In this document: positions 38,580 to 49,245 of the stretch, piece by piece
Position numbering within the stretch: the first letter of the stretch is position 1
Layout of the letters: each line of letters begins with the position of its first letter
NCBI GenBank assembly: GCA_963975135.1
Contig: CAXBGQ010000001.1
Location: 1-49,323, forward strand
Direction of reading: 5' to 3'
Origin: an uncultured Nioella sp.
GTDB lineage: Bacteria; Pseudomonadota; Alphaproteobacteria; Rhodobacterales; Rhodobacteraceae
Length of the DNA stretch: 49,323 bases
Notes under the pieces: model-generated
Databases searched by the model: none
Told to the model about the DNA's origin: nothing
What the model saw: only the letters and a program-made list of their open reading frames with translations
Made by a program: the position numbers and the translations under genes

Positions 38580-40484
38580 TCAGCCGGCCCCGGTCCAGAC
38601 CACACCGGCGGCGGGGATGGTGCGGCCCTGATAGGCGACCGGATCGGGGCCGTGATTGAACAGGAACACGGTCTCGCCCGCTTGCCGTCTGCGGATATCG
38701 GGCGGCATTTCATGGACCGCCAGACCGGCATCGGCCAGGAGCCGGGACAGGATCAGCGGCAAAAGATCGGCATCCGGCCAACCGCCCAGATAAAAGCGCC
38801 CGTTTTGCCCCATCATCACCGGCACGCCGTCGGTGGCCGCGATCTGCACCCTTGCCGTGCCTTCCAGCACCTCGCGCCAGCCAATGATATGACCCTGATC
38901 GCCCACCGGCAGGGCCATGTCGGGGCGCAGGCTTTCGACGCGGGCAACGGTCACATCGAGACCGGGAATGGCGGGAGGCAACGGCACGGGGATCGCCATC
39001 TCGGCGGTCTTGGACCCGGTGCGCGGCCCCAACATCACCTGCGCATCGCAGGCCTGAATGGCTTGCATCAGCGCATCGGGGATCGTCACCAGACCGGGCG
39101 CGAGGACCAGGGCATAGCCGCCCAGATCGGAGGTATCGGCGGGCAGGATGTCAACGGATTGCCCCAGTTTCCTGAGACCCCGATAGATCTCGAACACCAG
39201 CCGGAAATAATCCAGTCCCTGCCCCTGCGGCTGCACCTGCCAGGCCCAGACCGAGGCATAGTCAAAGACCAGCGCCACCGGAGCCTGCGTGGCCGCCACC
39301 TCGGGCATCGCGGCCAGTTCGCGGGCGACCTCGGCCGCCTCGTGATAGGCAGGCGCGGGGGCGTCGTCGGGGCGCAACATGCCCGAATGCATCTGTTCCT
39401 GTGCGAACGGGGCCTGCCGCCAGCGGAAATAGCACACGGCTTCGGCCCCGTGGGCAAGGGCTTCCCACGCCCAGAACCGGGCCATGCCGGGCAAGGGCGC
39501 GGGGTTGTAGGGGGCCCAATTCACGGGCCCGGGCTGTTGTTCCATGACCCACCAGCGACCGTTTCCGACCGCGCGGTAAAGGTCATGGTGGAAGGCCTGA
39601 AAATCGGGGTCGCCCTGCCGCGCATAGCGGCGTATGTGGTCGGCCCCATCTTCGATCCGGTCCTCCAGAAAGCCAAGCGGGTAGCTGTCCCAGGTCGCGA
39701 TCTCCATCTGGCGACCAAGCGTGAAATGGTCGAAATCGGTGATCCGGCCCATGTAATTATGGCTGATCGGGGCGGCGGAATGGGCCCGGATGGCCTCCAC
39801 CTGCGCCAGATTGAACCGCGCGACCTGATCCGAGCTGAACCGGCGAAACGCCATGACATGGGCCGGGCCCGGTTCGGTCACGGTCAGGTTGGGCAGGTCG
39901 ATCTGGTCGAAATCGTCATAGTCCATCGACCAGAACACATTGCCCCAGGCCCGGTTCAGCGCCTCAGTCGACTGGTAGCGGTTTGCGCACCAGTCGCGAA
40001 AGGCGCGCGTGGCAGCGGCGGAATAGGACAGCGTGGTGTCGTGGCAGCCATATTCGTTATCGGTCTGCCAGGCCGCGATATGAGGGTTCCGGCCATAGCG
40101 TTCGGCCAGCAGGCGGGTGATACGCACAGCCTCTTCGCGGTATCCGTCATGGCTGAAGCAATAGTGCCGGCGCGAGCCGAATTTGCGGGGGCGGCCATGG
40201 GCGTCCAGCGCCAGCATGTCGGGGTGTTTGTCCAGCATCCAGCGCGGCGGCGTTGCCGTGGGGGTGCCCAGAACCACCCTGAGCCCCGCCGCCCCGAGCA
40301 CGTCAATCGCGCGGTCGAGCCAGTCGAACCGCAGATCACCCGGGGCGGGTTCCAGCCGCGACCAGGCGAATTCGCCAATGCGCACCCAGGTCAGGCCGAT
40401 CTCGGCCATGCGGGCGGCATCCTTGGCCCATTGATCTTCGGGCCAGTGTTCGGGGTAGTAGCAGGTGCCAAGCGTGCGTTTCAC
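38580..40484 (-). CDS. Beta-galactosidase (GH42)
   Basis: YYPEHWP, GEFAWS..EP, TPTATPP.W, WQTDNEYGCH, WVMEQQPG, FAQEQMH. Confidence 0.92.
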   Translation of the reverse strand: MKRTLGTCYYPEHWPEDQWAKDAARMAEIGLTWVRIGEFAWSRLEPAPGDLRFDWLDRAIDVLGAAGLRVVLGTPTATPPRWMLDKHPDMLALDAHGRPRKFGSRRHYCFSHDGYREEAVRITRLLAERYGRNPHIAAWQTDNEYGCHDTTLSYSAAATRAFRDWCANRYQSTEALNRAWGNVFWSMDYDDFDQIDLPNLTVTEPGPAHVMAFRRFSSDQVARFNLAQVEAIRAHSAAPISHNYMGRITDFDHFTLGRQMEIATWDSYPLGFLEDRIEDGADHIRRYARQGDPDFQAFHHDLYRAVGNGRWWVMEQQPGPVNWAPYNPAPLPGMARFWAWEALAHGAEAVCYFRWRQAPFAQEQMHSGMLRPDDAPAPAYHEAAEVARELAAMPEVAATQAPVALVFDYASVWAWQVQPQGQGLDYFRLVFEIYRGLRKLGQSVDILPADTSDLGGYALVLAPGLVTIPDALMQAIQACDAQVMLGPRTGSKTAEMAIPVPLPPAIPGLDVTVARVESLRPDMALPVGDQGHIIGWREVLEGTARVQIAATDGVPVMMGQNGRFYLGGWPDADLLPLILSRLLADAGLAVHEMPPDIRRRQAGETVFLFNHGPDPVAYQGRTIPAAGVVWTGAG

Positions 40485-41323
40485 AGGATGACCTTATGTT
40501 CGGATTGACCGGGGGCGATGTCGCGCGCCACGAAAACCTGGCCTGCCAGCGGCTCCTCGGCCAGGGCCTCCGCGCTCAATCCCTCGCGCGCGGTCGTGAT
40601 GTAGAGGTCGGAGCCGCCGAAAGCCGGGCAGGAGGGTTGCGAGACCGGTAGAGCGATATCGCGCAGAGCCGCGCCCGAGGGGCTGTAGCAGCGCACCCGC
40701 GAACTGCCCCACTCGGCGCACCAGAAATCGCCCGCCGCATCGATCACCGCGCCATCGGGATTGGGGCCATCCGCGCCATGGTCGAGATAGATCTCGGGGG
40801 TGCCTGTGGGCCAGCCGTCGGTTGCCTCCAGCGCCTGCCGCCAGACAATGCCGCGCGCGGTATCGGCGAAGCAGGCGTGGGATCCACCGGGTGCAAAACA
40901 GATCGCGTTCGGGATGGTGATATCTGGAAAAAGTCGCCGCAGTTCACCGCGATAGTAGCGATAGATCGCCCCCGCACCGGGTTCCGCAGCCTTGCCCATT
41001 GTGCCGATCCAGAACCCGCCCCAGGGGTCGGCGCGGCCATCGTTGGAGCGCGTTACCGGGTTGTCGGCCTCCAGCGGCGCGATCTGTTCCTGCCTGCCGG
41101 TTTCAAGGTCGAACCGGATCAGATCCCGGTCGGTGGCAATCAGCAGGTTGTCCTCGTCGAGCCACCCGGCGGCGGAGACGGGTCGGTCGAACTGCCATTC
41201 ACCGCCGCTGGTCATCATCCGGTGGCCGTTGATATCGAACCAGAACAGCTGTGCCCGCGTCGGGTGCCAGAGCGGCCCCTCGCCCAGATCGCAGGGCCGT
41301 GGATCGAAAACGCTCACCTCCAT
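40481..41323 (-). CDS. SMP-30/gluconolactonase family lactonase
   Basis: [32 protein letters not shown]. Confidence 0.9.
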   Translation of the reverse strand: MEVSVFDPRPCDLGEGPLWHPTRAQLFWFDINGHRMMTSGGEWQFDRPVSAAGWLDEDNLLIATDRDLIRFDLETGRQEQIAPLEADNPVTRSNDGRADPWGGFWIGTMGKAAEPGAGAIYRYYRGELRRLFPDITIPNAICFAPGGSHACFADTARGIVWRQALEATDGWPTGTPEIYLDHGADGPNPDGAVIDAAGDFWCAEWGSSRVRCYSPSGAALRDIALPVSQPSCPAFGGSDLYITTAREGLSAEALAEEPLAGQVFVARDIAPGQSEHKVIL

Positions 41324-41925
41324 CCGGCGGCCTCGTCGAAGGCGGTGACGATGGTCTTGGCGCGGGCTGCAACTTCGGCCACCGACAACCCCGGCGTGTA
41401 AAGCGCCGTGCCGATGCCAAAGCCGCTGATGCCTGCCTGCCACCACTCGGCGAAGTTGTCAGGACCCGCGCCGCCCACGGCGAAGACCTGTGTTTCGGGC
41501 GGCAGCACAGCGCGGATGGCCTTGATGCCGCCGGGGCCCATCAGGCTGGCGGGAAATATCTTGAGCCCATCGGCCCCGGCCCGCAGGGCGGCGAAACATT
41601 CGGTGGGGGTCATGACCCCGGGATAGCTGAGCATGCCCCGCCGCTTGGTCTCACGGATCACGCCCGCATCCATATTGGGCGAGACAATCAGCGCGCCGCC
41701 CGCCTCCGCGACGCGCCCGACATCGGCGGTGGTCAGGACCGTTCCCGCTCCGATCTGTGCCTCCGCGCCATGTGCGCGTGCCATCGCGGCGATGCTGTCG
41801 AAGGGATCGGGTGAATTGAGCGGCACCTCGATCCGGGTGATCCCGGCGGCGATCAGTGCGGCGCAGATACCCGTGGCCTCGGGCGGCTGGATGCCACGCA
41901 GAATGGCAATGATCGGTCGGCTCAT
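41314..41925 (-). CDS. dgoA: 2-dehydro-3-deoxy-6-phosphogalactonate aldolase
   Basis: [38 protein letters not shown]. Confidence 0.93.
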   Translation of the reverse strand: MSRPIIAILRGIQPPEATGICAALIAAGITRIEVPLNSPDPFDSIAAMARAHGAEAQIGAGTVLTTADVGRVAEAGGALIVSPNMDAGVIRETKRRGMLSYPGVMTPTECFAALRAGADGLKIFPASLMGPGGIKAIRAVLPPETQVFAVGGAGPDNFAEWWQAGISGFGIGTALYTPGLSVAEVAARAKTIVTAFDEAAGWR

Positions 41926-42827
41926 GTCGTGGCCTTTCGCAAGGTTTCATAGGCGTTGCAAAGGCCCCGAAGGGTCATCGCGTCGCCATCATGGATGTTG
42001 GCCGCAACGCCCTGAGATTGCAGGGCGCGTGCATAAAGTGCCGACAGTGCGGGTGCGCCAATAAGGACGATCTCGCGGCCCAGCCAATAGGGGCGGGTCG
42101 CGGCCAGTTCGGCTCCGATCAGCAGGCCCGACAGACGCCCGCGCGCAGTGTTTTCGGATTGGTCGGTCAAAAGGCTGGCGGCGCGGATGCCAAAGAGGCT
42201 CTGGGCCAGACGTTCGGGGCGCGAGAGGGTCTCGGCAACGGCTGCATCAAAGGCGGCCGGGTCCAATTCATTGCCGCCGACCGAATGCCGCAGCACCGAT
42301 TTTTCTGCCATCAGCGCAAAGATTTCACCAGTCATCGCGGTCTGAAAGCTGACCACTTCTCCGGCGCTGACATGGGCCCATTTCGTATGCGTTCCGGGCA
42401 GAGCGATGACCCCGTCGAAATCGGGATTTTCGGCCAATGCGCCGAGTATCTGGGTCTCCTCGCCGCGCATCACATCGGGCGGGCTGGCCTGCGACAGGCC
42501 CGGCAGGATCAGCACGTTCAGCCGCGGATCTTGCGTCGGCGCGCGGGTCAGCCCGGCCTCAGCCGGTTTGCAGGGAACGGATTGATAGGCGGCCTCGACC
42601 CAGCCCTGCCGCGCGCCGACCATGCCGCAGGCGAGAACCGTGACAGGTTTGGCTCCAAGCCAGGGGCCGGTTTGCGCCAAAAGCGCTGACTCGAAATCGG
42701 CTTGCGACAGGGTTCCCATGCCGTCCTCCGATTGGGCCTTGGCCAGCACCTGACCGCCCGCACCCATCGCGAAGGCGCGCAGATGCGAAGTGCCCCAGTC
42801 AACCGCGATCCAGGCCAGATTTTCCAT
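41922..42827 (-). CDS. dgoK: 2-dehydro-3-deoxygalactonokinase
   Basis: [42 protein letters not shown]. Confidence 0.93.
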   Translation of the reverse strand: MENLAWIAVDWGTSHLRAFAMGAGGQVLAKAQSEDGMGTLSQADFESALLAQTGPWLGAKPVTVLACGMVGARQGWVEAAYQSVPCKPAEAGLTRAPTQDPRLNVLILPGLSQASPPDVMRGEETQILGALAENPDFDGVIALPGTHTKWAHVSAGEVVSFQTAMTGEIFALMAEKSVLRHSVGGNELDPAAFDAAVAETLSRPERLAQSLFGIRAASLLTDQSENTARGRLSGLLIGAELAATRPYWLGREIVLIGAPALSALYARALQSQGVAANIHDGDAMTLRGLCNAYETLRKATT

Positions 42828-42832
42828 ATCCC

Positions 42833-43600
42833 TCACCCCGTCGTCACCACGCCGCCATCGATGACAAGCACTTGGCCGGTCATCATTTTCGACGCATCAG
42901 AGGCCAGAAACAGCACCCCGCCAACGATGTCCTCAGGGCCGAGCGTATCCTTCAGGCATTGCCGGTCAAGGTGACCCGCCAACGCCTCGGGCGTGACCCA
43001 CAGATCCTTTTGCTTCTGGGTCAATACCCACCCCGGTGCCAGCGCGTTGACGCGGATGCGGTCGGGGCCGAATTCGCGCGCCAATGACCGGGTCATCGCG
43101 GTGATGCCGCCATTGGCGGTCGTGTAGGACGGGTAGCCCGCATTGCCCATCATATAGGAGATCGAGGAGAAATTGATGACCGACCCGCCGCCTGCCGCCT
43201 TCATTCCGGGCATCACCGCCTGGCAGGCGAAAAAATAGGCTTTGAGATTAATGGCCTGGCTCCAATCCCAGAACTCCTCGGTCACTTCTTCGGTGCTGTG
43301 GCGTTTGTCATTGGCGGCGTTATTGACCAGAACGGTGACCGGACCATGCGCTTCTGCGGCCTTGGCGATACAGCCCTGAAGCGCCGCGATATCGGTAATG
43401 TCGCAGGGCATATAGAGCGGGCGATTGCCGGTCGCAGCCTCCATTTCATTGACGAAAGCAGAGGCATCCGAACGCTGCACGAAAGCGACCTTGGCACCCT
43501 GTCGCAAAAAGCCTTCGGTCAGGTCGGCCCCGATGCCCGAGCCGCCGCCGGTGATGAAAACGGACGCGCCTGAAAGGTCCGGATAGGTCGGCAATGTCAT
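42833..43600 (-). CDS. SDR family aldose dehydrogenase (probable galactose 1-dehydrogenase)
   Basis: TGGGSGIG, VNNAAND.RH, PGWV.T.KQ; located in the dgo cluster. Confidence 0.8.
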   Translation of the reverse strand: MTLPTYPDLSGASVFITGGGSGIGADLTEGFLRQGAKVAFVQRSDASAFVNEMEAATGNRPLYMPCDITDIAALQGCIAKAAEAHGPVTVLVNNAANDKRHSTEEVTEEFWDWSQAINLKAYFFACQAVMPGMKAAGGGSVINFSSISYMMGNAGYPSYTTANGGITAMTRSLAREFGPDRIRVNALAPGWVLTQKQKDLWVTPEALAGHLDRQCLKDTLGPEDIVGGVLFLASDASKMMTGQVLVIDGGVVTTG

Positions 43601-43622
43601 CAGATCCCCCTTGAAAATTCGC

Positions 43623-43663
43623 TGTGCACATCCCGTGCACATTGCGTACACACCCTGTGCATA
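43623..43663. repeat. Four YGTRCAYA octamers at exact 11-bp period
   Basis: TGTGCACA 43623, CGTGCACA 43634, CGTACACA 43645, TGTGCATA 43656. Confidence 0.7.
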
Positions 43664-43679
43664 CAGGTGTCAGATCTCA

Positions 43680-45389
43680 TCAATGGCTTTCCCGGGTCAC
43701 CGGTCGGGTATCCTTGCCGACGAGAAAATCCAGATCGGCCCCTTTATCGGCCTGCAAGACCGTGTCGATATAGAGTTTGGCATAGCCGCGGGTGTAATGC
43801 GGCGGATCGGGCTGCCATTTGGCGCGGCGCGCGGCAAGCTCGGCATCGCTGACCAGCAATTCCAGAACACCATCACGGGCGGAAACGCGGATGCGGTCGC
43901 CGGTTTTCACCAACGCCAGCGGGCCACCGGCATTCGCCTCGGGCGCGACATGCAGGATCACGGTGCCATAGGCGGTGCCCGACATGCGCGCATCGGAGAC
44001 ACGGATCATGTCGCGCACGCCTTGCTGCACCAGCTTTTTCGGGATCGGCATATTGCCGACTTCGGGCATGCCGGGATAGCCCTTGGGCCCGCAGCCCTTG
44101 AGCACCAGAATGGTATCGGGCGTTACCGGCAGATCCTCGCGGTCGATATTGGCCTTCAGATCCTCTATGTTTTCAAACACATGCGCGTCGCCTTCGTGTT
44201 CCAGCAGGGCATCGGTGGCGGCGGAGGGTTTCACGATGGCCCCGTCGGGGGCCAGATTGCCGCGCAGCACGCGCAGACCGGCAGCGGGTTTCAGCGGCTC
44301 GTCAAAGGACCGGATCACGTCGCGGTTCCAGCATTCGGCCCCGTCTGAATAGGCCCGGATGTCGCCACCGAGGACGGTTTTTGAGGGCCGGAGGAGGTGT
44401 TCCAGTTCTTTCAGCACCACGGGCATGCCGCCCGCATAGCAGAAATCTTCCATAAGATATTTGCCCGACGGCATGCAATTGACCAGAAGCGGGATCTCGC
44501 CGCCAAGTTCGAAATCCTTGAGGCTGAGGTCGATGCCGACACGGCCCGCAAGTGCCAGCAGATGCACCACCGCATTGGTCGATCCGCCCACGGCGGCATT
44601 GGCAAGGATCGCGTTTTCGAACGCCTGGCGTGTCAGGATGTCGGAGGGTTTCAGATCCTCATCGACCATCTCCACGATGCGCTTTCCGGTCAGATGCGCC
44701 AGCGCCATCCGACGGGCATCGACAGCAGGCAGCGCCGCGTTGGTGGGCAGGCACATGCCCATCGCCTCGACGATCGAGGCCATGGTCGACGCCGTGCCCA
44801 TTGTCATGCAGACGCCTTTGGACCGGCTCATGCCCGATTCGGCGGCCATGAAATCCTTGAGGCTCATGTCGCCCGCGCGCACGGCCTCGGAAAATTTCCA
44901 CACATCGGTGCCCGAGCCGATATCCTTGCCCTGCCATTTGCCGTTCAGCATCGGGCCCGAGCTGACCACGATCGACGGCAGATCGACGCTGGCCGCGCCC
45001 ATCAACTGGCCCGGCGTGGTCTTGTCGCAGCCGCCAAGCAGCACGACGCCGTCGATGCCATAGGCGCGGATCGATTCCTCGACATCCATCGCCAGAAGGT
45101 TACGAAACAGCATCGCGGTGGGTTTCATCTGGGTCTCGCCCAATGACATCACCGGAAATTCGACCGGAAAACCGCCCGCCTCCCAAACGCCGCGTTTGAC
45201 GCCTTCGGCCAGATCGCGCAGGCCGGAATTGCAGGGCGTCAGTTCGGACCATGTATTGCAGATGCCAATCACCGGACGCCCGTCAAACGCGTGATCCGGA
45301 AAACCCTGGTTCTTCATCCAGCTGCGGTGGATGAAGCCATCCTTGTCGGCCTTGCCATACCAGGCGCGGTTGCGGCGGTCCTTGGTCAT
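43680..45389 (-). CDS. IlvD/Edd-family sugar-acid dehydratase (probable galactonate dehydratase)
   Basis: NTWSELTPCN, GGCDKTTP, CMTMGTASTM, GGSTN, GPKGYPGMPE, SDARMSGT. Confidence 0.88.
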   Translation of the reverse strand: MTKDRRNRAWYGKADKDGFIHRSWMKNQGFPDHAFDGRPVIGICNTWSELTPCNSGLRDLAEGVKRGVWEAGGFPVEFPVMSLGETQMKPTAMLFRNLLAMDVEESIRAYGIDGVVLLGGCDKTTPGQLMGAASVDLPSIVVSSGPMLNGKWQGKDIGSGTDVWKFSEAVRAGDMSLKDFMAAESGMSRSKGVCMTMGTASTMASIVEAMGMCLPTNAALPAVDARRMALAHLTGKRIVEMVDEDLKPSDILTRQAFENAILANAAVGGSTNAVVHLLALAGRVGIDLSLKDFELGGEIPLLVNCMPSGKYLMEDFCYAGGMPVVLKELEHLLRPSKTVLGGDIRAYSDGAECWNRDVIRSFDEPLKPAAGLRVLRGNLAPDGAIVKPSAATDALLEHEGDAHVFENIEDLKANIDREDLPVTPDTILVLKGCGPKGYPGMPEVGNMPIPKKLVQQGVRDMIRVSDARMSGTAYGTVILHVAPEANAGGPLALVKTGDRIRVSARDGVLELLVSDAELAARRAKWQPDPPHYTRGYAKLYIDTVLQADKGADLDFLVGKDTRPVTRESH

Positions 45390-47467
45390 ACCAACGTCCC
45401 TTCAATAACCCACATGCTTTCGGGAAAGCTCCATGGCAGGGTCAGGCCATGGTTCATCAGATAGGCCCCGCTGACCGTAATCGGCCCTGATTTCAGCGCC
45501 GGGCCCCCGCGTGACAATGGCCCGGCATCGCCGCGGTTGATCAGGTCGATACGATACTGCGCATCGGGCGACAACCGGGTCAGGCGCAGCGGCCGCGGCG
45601 CGATCTGATCGGAGACCGCCGCCTTGCCGGCAAAGACCACGAACCGGGCACCGCCCCGCGCCAGTTGCTGTTCGGCGATCACCGCCCGATCCGGGCTGTC
45701 GAGGCGCAGGATATCGGCCCCGAACATCCAGTCGCGGTTGGATTTCCACCACGCGGTGACCTCGATCAGGACGGCGGTTTCTTCTTCGGTCAATTCGCGC
45801 GGGTCCATCTCGAACCCCATATGACGCTGCGCCGCCACCCAGGCACGAAACCGGATATCGAGCGTGCGGCCGGAGGTGTGGCATTTGCGCGGGCCGACAT
45901 GGGAACCGGTCACCGCCATCGGCAGGAAAATCGCCGCGTTATGCTGCATCTTCAGCCGTTCCAGCGCATCGTTGCTGTCAGACAGCCAGACCCGGTGCGT
46001 GCGGCTGAGAATGCCGAAATCGATGCGCCCGCCTCCGCTCGCGCAGCTTTCGATCTCGACCGACGGAAAGGCGGCGTGCAGCCGGTCGATCAGCGCATAT
46101 GAGCCGCGCGTCTGCGCCGCGTCGGGCGTCGGCAGCACGCGGTTGTGGTCCCATTTGATATAGTCGATGGCGTGGGTTTCGAGGATTGCGGCGATGCGGT
46201 CGAACAGGAAATCGCGGACATCGGCGCGGCCCATGTTCAGCGCCTTCTGGTTGCGGCCCAGGATCTGATCCTCACCACCCAGGGCCCAGTCGAGATGGGC
46301 GCGGTGAATGTCGCTGTCGGGGTTGATCATCTCGGGCTCGAACCAGAGGCCAAAGCTCATGCCAAGGCCGTGGACATGGGCAATCAGCGGGGCCAGCCCG
46401 TCGGGGTATTTTCGCGCATCGACCTCCCAATCGGAAAGCGCGCGGGTGTCGTCATCGCGATTTCCGAACCAGCCGTCATCCAGCACGAAACGCTCCGCCC
46501 CAAGGGCGGCGGCGCGGGTGGCGATGTCTTTCAGGGTGGGCAGGTTGTGATCGAAATAGACCGCCTCCCAGCAATTGTAGTGCACCGGGCGCGGGCGCGC
46601 GGGGTCGGGGAACTGCACGATCCGGTCGCGCAGGTGACGTTGGAAGGCCACCGCGCAGCCATTGATGCCATCATCCGAGAACACCGCATAAAGCGGCGCG
46701 GTTTGGAACCGGGTGGCGGGCGCGCTTTCGACGCGGGCGGCATGGCCGAACTGGATCTGGCGGCGGCCATCGGGCAATTCCTCGGCCACCATCCGGTGCC
46801 CGCCCGACCAGCCATAGTGAAAGGCATAGGCGTTGCCTTGCGTGTTGGTGGCCCCCCGGCAGGGCAGGATGAGACCGGGGAAATGTTCATGGCCGGTACG
46901 CCCAGTGCGGTTCTCGCGATAGCGCATGCCGGGCGACCAGGGGGTGCGGTTCAACTGGAATTCACCGCACCAGCGCCCGGCCACGTCGATCATGTCATCC
47001 GATAGCTGCGGGCCGGGAAAGACCGGCGCGGACAGCCAGTGCAGATGCACCGGCGCGGCGGCCTCAAGCGTTGCCTGCGCCACGATCATATGGGTGGCCG
47101 GATCGATCGAAAAGTGGGCGATGTAGGTCAGGCCATTGGCCGCATCCACAAAGCGCAACTCAAGTTGGTCGTCGCCCTCTTCCGCGTTCTCAAAACAGAA
47201 TTTCGGCAGCAGCGGCGTGCCGTCCTCTGCCCGCAGGATCAACCCCGGCTGCCCCGGAAAGCTGCGCGTTGCCTCAGGGCAGATCGACAGTTCGGGGTTG
47301 GCATCCAGCATGCCGCCGGTCACGTCGATGGCATGGGCCGAAAAAAGCGTGGTCAGATCCTCGGCATCCGGCAGGCGTGGCCCCCAGTAGATAATTTCGG
47401 CCAGGTGGTCCCGGTCAGAGCCAAGCACCAGCGTCTGACGCCCATCATCCAACCGCCAGCATCGCAT
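45386..47467 (-). CDS. Alpha-galactosidase (GH36)
   Basis: YNCWEAVYF, FVLDDGWF, FGLWFEPEM, YIKWDHNR, ESCASGGGR.D, W.SDSND. Confidence 0.93.
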   Translation of the reverse strand: MRCWRLDDGRQTLVLGSDRDHLAEIIYWGPRLPDAEDLTTLFSAHAIDVTGGMLDANPELSICPEATRSFPGQPGLILRAEDGTPLLPKFCFENAEEGDDQLELRFVDAANGLTYIAHFSIDPATHMIVAQATLEAAAPVHLHWLSAPVFPGPQLSDDMIDVAGRWCGEFQLNRTPWSPGMRYRENRTGRTGHEHFPGLILPCRGATNTQGNAYAFHYGWSGGHRMVAEELPDGRRQIQFGHAARVESAPATRFQTAPLYAVFSDDGINGCAVAFQRHLRDRIVQFPDPARPRPVHYNCWEAVYFDHNLPTLKDIATRAAALGAERFVLDDGWFGNRDDDTRALSDWEVDARKYPDGLAPLIAHVHGLGMSFGLWFEPEMINPDSDIHRAHLDWALGGEDQILGRNQKALNMGRADVRDFLFDRIAAILETHAIDYIKWDHNRVLPTPDAAQTRGSYALIDRLHAAFPSVEIESCASGGGRIDFGILSRTHRVWLSDSNDALERLKMQHNAAIFLPMAVTGSHVGPRKCHTSGRTLDIRFRAWVAAQRHMGFEMDPRELTEEETAVLIEVTAWWKSNRDWMFGADILRLDSPDRAVIAEQQLARGGARFVVFAGKAAVSDQIAPRPLRLTRLSPDAQYRIDLINRGDAGPLSRGGPALKSGPITVSGAYLMNHGLTLPWSFPESMWVIEGTLV

Positions 47468-48316
47468 TTACTTCACCGCCCCCAATGTCAGGCCCGCGAT
47501 GAAATGTTTTTGCATGGCAAAGAACATCAACACGGGCGGGATCGCCGCGACGATGCTGCCGGCGCTCATCAGATTATACTGCGCCACGAATTGCGAATTG
47601 AACGAGGTGATACCGGCGGTGACCGGTTGCGCCCCTGGCCCCTGGGTCAGCACGATGGCCCAGAAGTAATCGTTCCAGATGAAGGTAAAGATCAGCACCG
47701 ACAGCGCCGCGATGGCGGGCCGCATCAGCGGCAGAACGACGTACCAGAAGATGCGCCATTCCGCGACGCCCTCGACACGCGCCGCCTCGATCAGCTCCAT
47801 CGGCAGGGCCTTGATGAAATTGCGCATGAAGAGCGTGCAGAACCCGGTCTGAAACGCGATGTGGAAAAGGATAAGGCCCAGCTTGGTATCGTAAAGCCCC
47901 ATGCCCACGGTCAGATCGCGCACCGGCACCATCAGGATCTGGAACGGCACGAAGTTGCCCGCGATGAACATGAAGAAGATCAACAGGTTACCGCGGAACC
48001 GGTAGATGCCAAGCGCAAAGCCGGTCATGGAGCTGAGCGCCACGGCACCCACCACGGTGGGGATCGTGATCATCAGCGAATTCAGCATATAGCGCGGCAT
48101 GTCGCTTTCGAAAAACACCCGGCCGTAATTGGTGAAGAACTCGAACGAGGACGGCATCCCCCAATAATTGCCTTGCGCGAAATCCGAACTGGGACGGATG
48201 GAAAATACGGCGACCGCAATGAGCGGGGCCAGCCACAGGATCAACGCCAGCGGCAGAAAGCTCTGATAGGTGAGCTGTGCGGCGCGGCTGCGTTTCTGGA
48301 TCGGGGTGGGAAACAT
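47468..48316 (-). CDS. Carbohydrate ABC transporter permease
   Basis: EAARVEG loop, FIWNDYFW, TM segments. Confidence 0.9.
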   Translation of the reverse strand: MFPTPIQKRSRAAQLTYQSFLPLALILWLAPLIAVAVFSIRPSSDFAQGNYWGMPSSFEFFTNYGRVFFESDMPRYMLNSLMITIPTVVGAVALSSMTGFALGIYRFRGNLLIFFMFIAGNFVPFQILMVPVRDLTVGMGLYDTKLGLILFHIAFQTGFCTLFMRNFIKALPMELIEAARVEGVAEWRIFWYVVLPLMRPAIAALSVLIFTFIWNDYFWAIVLTQGPGAQPVTAGITSFNSQFVAQYNLMSAGSIVAAIPPVLMFFAMQKHFIAGLTLGAVK

Positions 48317-48333
48317 CTGTCTGGCCCTCTCTC

Positions 48334-49245
48334 TCAGTTCCGCGCCGGGCGTTCGTCACGCCACATGGACCACAGGAAATAGGCGATGAAGATCAGCATG
48401 ATCATGAACAGAACCACCGCGATGGCCGAGCCGTATCCCATGCGAAATCCGTATTCGGATAGCGCCCTCTCGAACATGTAAAAGCTGAGCACGCGGGTCG
48501 ACCCGAAGGGGCCGCCATTGGTCATGATCGAGATCAGGTCGAACGATCTGAGCGCGCCGATGATGGTGACCACGAAGGCGATGAAGGTGGCGGGCTTGAG
48601 TTGCGGCAGAACGACATACCACAGCATCTTGGCCCCCTTGGCCCCATCGAGCCGCGCCGCTTCGATCTGTTCGGGATCGACCGCGTTCAGCCCGGTCAGA
48701 TAGAGGATCATGCAATAGGCGGTCTGTGGCCAGAGACCGGCGGCGATGATGCCATAAGTGGCCAATGTCGGATCGCCCAGAATGTTCAGCGATCCAAGCC
48801 CGATAAATTCAAGCGACGCGTTCAGCAGGCCGACGCGCGGCAGGTAGAACCAGGTGAAGACAAGGCCGACAACGACCTGGGAAATCACGAAGGGAAAGAA
48901 GAAGAGCGATTTATAGAGCCGGATGCCGGTCACGGTCTGGTTCAGGAACAGCGCGATAAAGAGGCCTGCGGGGATCGCCAGCAGGTAGAGCGCCAGCCAT
49001 TTGACGTTGTTCCACAGCGAGATCTCAAAAGCGCGGTCATTCACCAGTTCCTGATAATTGCCGATACCGACCCAGGTCGCCTCGCCCAATCCGTCCCACC
49101 GGTAGAACGAGATGTTGAAGGACTGAAAGATCGGGATGATCACGTAAAGCGAGAAAAACAGCATGCCGGGCAGCAGAAAGAGGATCGGCGTCACCGTCAT
49201 CTTGTTGCGCTTGAGCCATGTCTGCCGGGGTGCGGTCGGGGTCAT
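48334..49245 (-). CDS. Carbohydrate ABC transporter permease
   Basis: EAARLDGA loop, MT.GGP, TM segments; SD AGGAAGG upstream. Confidence 0.9.
   Translation of the reverse strand: MTPTAPRQTWLKRNKMTVTPILFLLPGMLFFSLYVIIPIFQSFNISFYRWDGLGEATWVGIGNYQELVNDRAFEISLWNNVKWLALYLLAIPAGLFIALFLNQTVTGIRLYKSLFFFPFVISQVVVGLVFTWFYLPRVGLLNASLEFIGLGSLNILGDPTLATYGIIAAGLWPQTAYCMILYLTGLNAVDPEQIEAARLDGAKGAKMLWYVVLPQLKPATFIAFVVTIIGALRSFDLISIMTNGGPFGSTRVLSFYMFERALSEYGFRMGYGSAIAVVLFMIMLIFIAYFLWSMWRDERPARN

Noticed and set aside
38397-40508. Long antisense ORFs (703 aa here; also 35940-37697, 31967-33721, 12802-14379, 761-2062)
   Set aside because: Shadow frames opposite well-supported genes, expected from high-GC codon bias; no recognisable motifs.
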